Part shown: positions 56,071 to 64,000 of the stretch, in pieces
Layout: every line of letters begins with the position of its first letter
How positions within the stretch are numbered: the first letter of the stretch is position 1
NCBI RefSeq assembly: GCF_009914755.1
Contig: NC_060935.1
Source: the human T2T-CHM13v2.0 reference genome, Homo sapiens
DNA length: 64,000 nt
Reading direction: 5' to 3' (one strand)
Position numbers and translations under genes: made by a program
Notes under the pieces: model-generated
Databases searched by the model: none
The model's input: the letters and a program-made list of their open reading frames with translations, nothing else
What the model was told of the DNA's origin: nothing

Positions 56071-57269
56071 AGACAGAACTATCATCATCACTGAATTAGG
56101 CTACAGTGTGCATTTTTGTTTTGTTTTGGTATGTTTTCATTTTTTCCTATTACATAAATAACAGAATGGTGACATATTTATCAAACAGTTGATTTTTTTT
56201 TCTAGCTTATCTCTAAGAGTAAATTATTTTCTTTGGGAAGGTTGGGTGTGCTGTGTTGCTAATTTTGTCCCCACTGGATGTCCTTGAAGTCTCTATTTTG
56301 ACCTTGGCCCTTATTAGATCTTGGGCTGGAATGAGTGACTGAGATCCCTGAGCTCTCCCTAGTGGTTAAAGTGTATAATCAGACTAATTACTGGAAAAAG
56401 CAGTTTGAATAAAGACAATGTGTTTTTGAGATAAGATTAAAATCCAGGACTGAAATATTGACACAATGGGAAGAAAATTGGCTAATGAAAAACCATGACA
56501 TTACTTATTTGGTACACCATATAAAGTAACTGCCTGACAGACAATAGTTGTGATATTTCTTCCTCTCTAAAGAGCAGATGATGATGATTTTAAGGGCATA
56601 TATTTTTCTCTAATCCAGATTAATATTTCTGAAATAAAGCTTCTGGTATGTCATTCTCTAGCTCCAAGTGCTTCAAGCGACCCCTCATGCTTATGGAATT
56701 AATTCCATAATTTGCAACTCTTGGCAAAATATACCTTAAACTTCTTCTGTTATGGGAAGTTTTTCTATCTCCCTTCATTACTTTATACTTAAACCAAACG
56801 AAACTTTCTTCTTACTCATCTCTGTTGCCATTATTTCCTCACCTTAAAATACCTCTCATAAGCCCACTCTTGTCTTTACATGTTCCAATCTTACCCACTT
56901 ACAAGGTCCAGCTGAAGTGCTGGCATTTCCATAAAAATGTTCCTAATTTCTCAGATGGAAATAATGTCTTTCTCCTCTGAATTCTCAGGTCATATGTTTG
57001 TTTCTTTTATTACAAATGTCATTTTCAGCCTTGCATGATACATCATTGTCATCTACATTTTGTTCTCTTGAGAACTAAACATATATCCAAATCATCCTTA
57101 TATTTGTCATCGTAGTTTGCATAACACCTTGCGTACATTGGATATTCAAGTATGTGTCACACTGAAGTGAGTGAGTGACTGTGAACATATGTTCTAAGAT
57201 CATATTTGAAACAGATTTAAGTCCTTTTGATTATCTCATTAATTGTGAACACATTACAGTGGAGGCTCT

Positions 57270-57671
57270 GGTGTCACCTAGGGACAACTGCAGAACAAAG
57301 GCACTCGTTTCTCTAGTTTGGAGTGTTAGCTCTAGTGCTGGCTCATAGCAGAGCCCCTTCCCAGGAGCCACCTCACCCAAGGCTATGACCCTTCACTGAG
57401 GACAGCTGGCATTCAATGACTGGTTAAGGTGGGGCTCAAATGACCTGCTCTCCTCCCTACATTTGAGACATCTCTAAAGAGTCTTCCAGCTTTGAAGTTC
57501 CCCATGAGATTTACTGAATCCTCAATTGCAACTGAATTCACAGTTCATTTTTTTCTATGTCCAGTCCTTATGGAGGTGGTTCCTGATAGAATTTCCCAGT
57601 TAAGTTTCTTCTATTCAAATCTCCAACTTCTATCTCAGAATCTGTTTCCTGGAGAACTAAATCCAAAAGAC
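57270..57671 (+). mobile_element. LTR16-like ERVL solo LTR
   Basis: ccaaggctatgacccttc...caatgactggttaaggtgggg...tctcagaatctgtttcctggagaac...aagaCA. Confidence 0.65.
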
Positions 57672-57799
57672 ATATTTATCTTCACTGGATTATTTTCTAG
57701 AATACTTTGGCCTCATTCAGATGTGACTTGGAATAGGTTTGAATCCTGCCTTTATTGTTTACTAGGTCTGTGAAATTGGAATGTTAATTATGTTCTTCT

Positions 57800-58190
57800 A
57801 CCAGTTACAATTATGTTCAGTGGCATATAATGAAAACCCTAAATCAATGCTGGCTAAATTATATTAAGAACATCTTTCTCTCTCATACAGGAGAAGACAA
57901 GAAGTATGGTACAGAATCCTTATGATTGGGCATAAACCAGCTCTGATCCTCTAAGGTGTGGTCTTTGCCTTAAAGATCCCAAATAGCTGCTGGAGTTCCA
58001 GCCTCACATGCACTAACAGAATGGAGAAAGCAAAGAATGGCATGATCCCACCTTTAAAGAACACTTCCCAGAATTTTCTAAAAATCTTTCTTTATATTAT
58101 CATTGACTAGAACATAGTCATATGTCGACACCTAACTATGTCTAAAAAATGTAGTCTTTCAATCACACCCATGGCAAAAGTTTTGTTCTT
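57800..58190 (-). mobile_element. Old MLT1 (J-like) LTR fragment
   Basis: atagctgctggagttccagcc...cattgactagaacatagtcatatg...cacctaact...aaatgtagtctt. Confidence 0.5.
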
Positions 58191-60097
58191 TATAAAATGG
58201 TTTGCTATAAAGAGTTAACATATATGCATTATCTGGCATAGGTGGTGGCCAATAAATGGTCCCGAATCCCTCCTTTTATATCACAGTTATTTATTTTAAT
58301 ATACACTTAGTATTTTCATACACTTAGTATTTTCATAAGGCAGCATTATAGCCAAGTAAGAAGCACTAGAAGCTAAATATCAGTGAGTACTGTTTGTCAA
58401 AACCTAATAAAAGTTGTGTGACTTTGAGATCTTTGAACCTTCTTCTGCTGTTGTCATAATAGAATTGTGATATGATTAATAAAAAGATGCCAATAAATAC
58501 TGGTAACTAAAACAACTCCTTTTAATGTAGGTCAAGGATATAACTAAGAACATACAGATGCTACACAGATCAGTAGAGACAGCCACAATTCTAGCCACAG
58601 GGGCAGCTGTCAATGGTCTTCAGGGTCCCACCAAGGTGCTAACAATGATACTATCAGTTGGGACAGGAATTTTGCGTGAGTAGTATCCTCTACCTTTCTC
58701 TCAGACTTTTGCTTTTTTAATCCTGCCTCTCTTGACTATTCTGTAGATTCCCAGCTCTTCTTCTGCTTGCCAACAAGATGTATATAACTAGTAACAAACT
58801 CAGCATATTCCTGAGTGCTTATACAGAGGGCAAATCAAAGGTAACTTTCCAAGGACCAATTTTCCAGGTGTACCTGTCCCCAGCATTTCCTTTCTCTAGC
58901 TCTCTAGATTGGCTCTGCCAGTTTTGTCAAGCTGATCTGGGAAGGTTATATACAAGGGTTCCTGGAACTCTTCTATAGATTTTCACTCTGACTTTCTCAT
59001 CTTGGCTGTCATCTGTCCCCATTTAACATCAAGGTGAGGAAAATCACATCCCCTACATCTCTGCACTGGACAGAGTTTGAAGCTCCTAATAATAAATTGT
59101 GATCAGTACATAGCTGCTTTTCTGTAAACTGTAAAGGATTTTATGGCTGTTCATGAAAAGCTACATCTATCTTTCACTTACTGAAATCAGTGTACTGCAT
59201 CTCAGAATGCTCTTGATCACACTGGATTTGTGGATATTTCTATCTGTGAATTCTGATTTGCTTTACCATATTTGAGACCACTGGGATCGGATTTAGTGTT
59301 TTCTCTGTTGCCTTTTAAATTATTCTTTCCTTGAGACCTAGTTGCATCTGAGGTTCTTTATAATTATTCTAAGCCAAAACATAGACACCTGTATTTAAGG
59401 TAATCAGGAGCACTGACACCTACTCAGGGTAAAATGACCCCACTACAAAGTCACATCTTGATGGCACATCTTGATGGAAACCAATGAAGTTGGCTTGGTT
59501 CTCATACAGAGTCAGTATGGAGTATGGGAACACCACTTGGCTTTGTCATTGAAAAGACCTGGTTCTGAATCAATCCTTTGCCACTTTTCAGCTCTATTAA
59601 ATTAATCTCTCTAAGAGTACTCCTTAGTATGCATAGCATTGCCGTAAGGATTAAGTGAGATATATGATGCCCAGTGCATAGTGTCTGACATAGTAACCAC
59701 TTGACAAAGATTAACTTTTATAATTTTATTTATTATCTATAAAAAGAATTTCTTCCATTTATAGCTTTCTTTTAAAATATAATATTATAAGCACATGTTA
59801 AGCCCAACCAACTCTTATTTTGTGTGGCATCAATGGAGGTAATTCTCTAGTCTATTGACATGAGGAATTACTCTAATGTTTTTGAGGTGACTCATTCTTA
59901 CATTCCTTGCACAAGCCCTCTTCAGCTCAATATTACTATTTTTTGAGGGCACTTTTGGATTTAATTAAGGTAATATTATTTTTATGTATCTTTTGTGTAC
60001 ATTTATAAATGAAACAAAACTATAATTTTATTTTCTTGTAGTGTCCATATCTGACATTGAAATTAAGATTACTCTAGCCTAATAAAAATACCTAGGC

Positions 60098-61425
60098 AGA
60101 GCCCAGAAATAAGACTGCACACCCACAATATCTGATCTTCGACAAAGCTGACAAAAACAAGTGATGGGGAAAGGACTCCCTATTCAATAAATGGTGCTGA
60201 TATAACTGGTTAGCCATATGCAGAAGATTAAAACTGGACCCCTTTCTTACACCATATACAAAAATCAACTCAAGATGGACTAACATTTAAATGTAAAACC
60301 CAAAACTATAAAAACCCCTGGAAGACAACCTAGGCAATAACATTCAGGACATAGAGCTGGCAAAGATTTCATGGCAAAGATGCCAAAAGCAATTGCAATA
60401 AAAGCAAAAGTTGACAAATGGGGTCTAATTAAACTAAAGAGCTTCTGCACAGCAAGAGAAACTATCAGCAGAGTAAAAAGACAACCTACGGAATAGGAGA
60501 AAATATTTGCAAACTGTGCATCTGACAAAGGTCTAATATCTAGCATCTATAAGGAACTTAAACAAATGTACCAGAAAAATAAACAAACAACCCCATAAAA
60601 AAAGGGAGCAAAGGATATGAACAGACACTTTTCAAAAGGAGGCATACATGCAGCCAACAAGCATATGAAAAAGAGCTCAACACTGATCATTAGAGAAATG
60701 CAAAACAAAATCACAATGAGATTCCATCCCACACCAGTCAGAGTGGTTGTTATTAAAAAGTCAAAAAATAACAGCTGATGGTGAAGTTGCAGAGAAAAGG
60801 GAATGCTTATACTCTGTTGGTGGGAGTGTAAATTGTTCAACCATTGTGGAAAGCAATGTGATGATTTTTCGAAGAGCTAAAAGCAGAACTACCGTTTGAC
60901 GTAACAATCCCATTACTGGATATACCCAAAGTAATATAAATCATTTTACCATAAAGACACATGCATGCATATGTTCATTGCAGCATTATTCACAATAGCA
61001 AAGACATGGAATCAATCTAAATGTCCATCAATGACAGATTGGATAAATAAAATGTGGTACATATACACCATGGAATACTATGCAGCCATAAAAAAGAATG
61101 AGCTCATGTCCTTTGCAGGCACATGGATAGAGCTGGAGGCCATTATCCCTAGCAAACAAATGCACCAACGGAAAACCAAATACCACATGTTCTCACTTAG
61201 AAGTGGGAGAATACGTGTACACAAAGAGAACAATAGACTCTGGGGCCTACTTGAGGGTGGAAGGTGGGAAAAGGGAGAGGATCAGAAAAAAATAACTACT
61301 GTCTACTAGGCTTAGTACCTGGGTGACAAAAGAATCTGTACACCAAACCCCTGTGACATGAGTTTACTTATATAACAAACCTGCACATGTACCCTTGAAC
61401 TTAAAATAAAAGTTAAAAAAAAGAA
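60098..61425 (+). mobile_element. Older L1PA (L1PA13-16-like) ORF2 end and 3'UTR
   Basis: Frameshifted ORF2 C-terminus ([14 protein letters not shown]...), gagaggatcagaaaaaataact 3'UTR type, A tail. Confidence 0.88.
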
Positions 61426-61609
61426 AGGGTAAAGTATAAAGGAAAGAACATGGCCTTTATCTTAATTAGACAGGTTTGAATGACAGTTCCATCACTTACT
61501 ATCCATGTGTCTGTAGACAAATCACATAAACTGTCTAAACCTCAATTTCTTCATATGCAAAATAAAACTAATACAAACTTACTTGTGAAGCTATTGTAAG
61601 CATTAAATA

Positions 61610-61683
61610 TTAGGTTGGTGCAAAAGTAATTGCAGCTTTTGCCATTGTTTTCAAAAACCACAATTACTTTTGCACCAACCTAA
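61610..61683. mobile_element. MADE1 (Hsmar1 MITE) inside a MIR
   Basis: 74-bp palindrome TTAGGTTGGTGCAAAAGTAATTG...CAATTACTTTTGCACCAACCTAA with TA TSDs; MIR sequence on both sides (~61440-61700). Confidence 0.95.
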
Positions 61684-61709
61684 TAAAATAATGTTTAAAA
61701 AGACAGTAA

Positions 61710-62900
61710 AGAATTTTTTCTTGAAAATTTTATAGAATTTATCTGTAAAACTAAGATACCGTGAGTTTTTTTTGGAAGGAGCAGTCTTTGATTACCATTT
61801 CAATTCCTTTATGACTGCTCTGTTAAAGTCCTCTTTTTCTTGCACCAAGTTTGCATTTTATACAATTTTAAAAATGTTTCCATTTCACTTATATTTTCAA
61901 ATTTATTAGTGCATAGTTGTATATAATTCCTCCTTATTTTTAAATCTCTGCTGTCTCATTTCCCTTTTTCATATTTACTTTGGCTTATGATCATCTTTTC
62001 TCCTTTCTCTCTTACTTAATGTTACTATGTGAATACTTGTCTTATTATATTAATCTTTTTAAACAAACAGCATTTGGGCTTGCTATTATTCTGCCCTCAC
62101 ATTTATTATTTTCTTCATTCTTATTTTTTTGGATTTGCTGTTTTTCTTTGTTCAACTTCTTGAGATGAATGCTTAGTACTTAAAACCCTGTTACAATGGA
62201 AAATTTCAAGTATATATAAAGGAAAGAGAACAAAATAGAGAATCTCCATCTACCCTGCATCCAGTGTTAACAATTAGTCCTGGACAATATAGTCTCCTGA
62301 GTACCCTGTTCCACTTCTCCCCTTCCCACACAGTGTATTATTTGATTTGCAAATATTTATATGTGAATCTCCAAAAAATAGGGATTCTTTTTTGAAAAAT
62401 AACCACAATCTCATTATTGCGCTTACAATATTAATAACTGAGTGATATATTACTAGTAATTTTCCCTAGTTATCTCAGAAATTTTTTATAGGTCATTTGT
62501 TGGAATCAGTATTGAAAAATGTTCTATACATTGCAATTTGTTTTATCTTTTAAGTTTCTTTTGATCTATGTATTCCTTCTCAATTTTTTTCTTATATTTG
62601 TTGAAAAATTAAATTTTTCCTATAGTTTGTCTTATATTTTCATTTGTTTTATTTTTGATTTTACATTTGGAAAATTAGTTTTTTAATTTAATTTTAGTTA
62701 TAATTATTAAAACTAATAGTTGCAAAGCCAGTTTTACAAAATGAGATATATTAAAATAAGTTTGGTTTCCATCACTGTTTATTCCACCTTATTAGTTGTA
62801 TTTCCTTATAGGTAACCATTTAAAAAAATGTTCATATTTTATCCTTCCATTAAAAAAAACAACATATAAGTACTCTCTGGTCTTGCTGATTGCATCCCTG
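61710..62900 (-). mobile_element. Old L1M fragments
   Basis: T-rich antisense L1 motifs (tagaatttatctgtaaaact; aacttcttgagatgaatgcttag). Confidence 0.55.
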
Positions 62901-62959
62901 TGGTGTTGCTTAATTTGTCTCTCTGTGCCCTGCAATTCCTGTAAATTGGGAGATAGATC

Positions 62960-63100
62960 TAGGACATGCATTCTCAACAGGGGTGGTATCACCCTTAAAA
63001 AGTGAAAATTGGTTCTTTGAGGGTAAAAAAATGCATACTCTTTTTAGCCATATTCCCCTAATTTTAACGTATATCGTTTTCATAATCACCAACATCAAAA
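62960..63100. mobile_element. hAT-Charlie-type MITE fragment
   Basis: atgcattctcaacagggg...aaaattggttctt terminal motif. Confidence 0.45.
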
Positions 63101-63224
63101 CATTAAATTTCCTATGTGATTTTCCTTTTTAGGAATATGCCATTTAGTTTTTTCTAATGTATAAATTTTAAGCCCTATTTTGTTTTTATTTTCTAATTAA
63201 ATATTTTTAATAAATATTTTCTAA

Positions 63225-63525
<301 letters not shown>

Positions 63526-63689
63526 ATAAATTTTAATATTATTTTATTGCATTATGGTCGGTATATATAGTCTGCATAATATTAACGTTTTTGCTTTTAT
63601 TGTTGCTTCCTTTTTGTCTCAACATATGGTCTACTCTTGTAAATACTTCCTGAGTGCCTTATTTTTGAGTATAGATTTCTTTTTCTCCT

Positions 63690-63693
<4 letters not shown>

Positions 63694-63720
<27 letters not shown>
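63694..63720. repeat. (TG)13 microsatellite within antisense L1M
   Basis: Perfect TG run. Confidence 0.95.
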
Positions 63721-64000
63721 ATTAGCACCCATATATTTAAAATAATGTTCAAATTCTTGAGATCTGTTCATTTTTGTCTCTTTCATCTACCAGTTTCAGA
63801 GATAGATGTGTTAAAATCTCCAATTACTATTTTTCATTTACATATTTTTTTCTGTTTTTATGTCAATTGCTGCTTGAAATATTTTGAATCACCCTTCTTA
63901 GGTGCAATGATGTTAATAGGGGCATACCATCTTATTCTATTGTTTATTTTACCAGTATATAATGTTCCTTTGTGCCTTTTTTGCCTTCCTGATATTTTGT

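Overview
Primate DNA, almost certainly human (AluYa5-like element; the gene matches human AASDHPPT, 11q22). The window opens in a CpG-island promoter (about 1-720; CRE, GC boxes, G-quadruplex). From general knowledge this promoter is shared head-to-head with KBTBD3, but no KBTBD3 coding sequence is visible here. The complete six-exon AASDHPPT 4'-phosphopantetheinyl transferase gene is on the + strand: CDS 323-505, 2079-2304, 13169-13290, 13924-14085, 17192-17263, 19352-19516 (930 nt, 309 aa), with a 3'UTR to about 21300. The remaining ~43 kb has no recognisable protein-coding gene and is mostly transposon relics: an old ERVL provirus, a near-full-length Hsmar1 plus a MADE1 MITE, Tigger3 carrying a young AluYa5-like insert, a 5'-deleted HERV-L/MLT2A, a twin-primed inverted L1PA, and L2/MIR/MaLR fragments. 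The best unexplained signal is a set of well-formed minus-strand splice and polyadenylation signals (internal exon 44698-44593, terminal exon 35233-~35071), pointing to a spliced lncRNA convergent on AASDHPPT. Also notable are the two weak-context in-frame start codons (M1/M14) and the frameshifting exon 3 of AASDHPPT. I found nothing I can confidently call a new biological system. Repeat subfamily names and most repeat boundaries were assigned by eye and are approximate.
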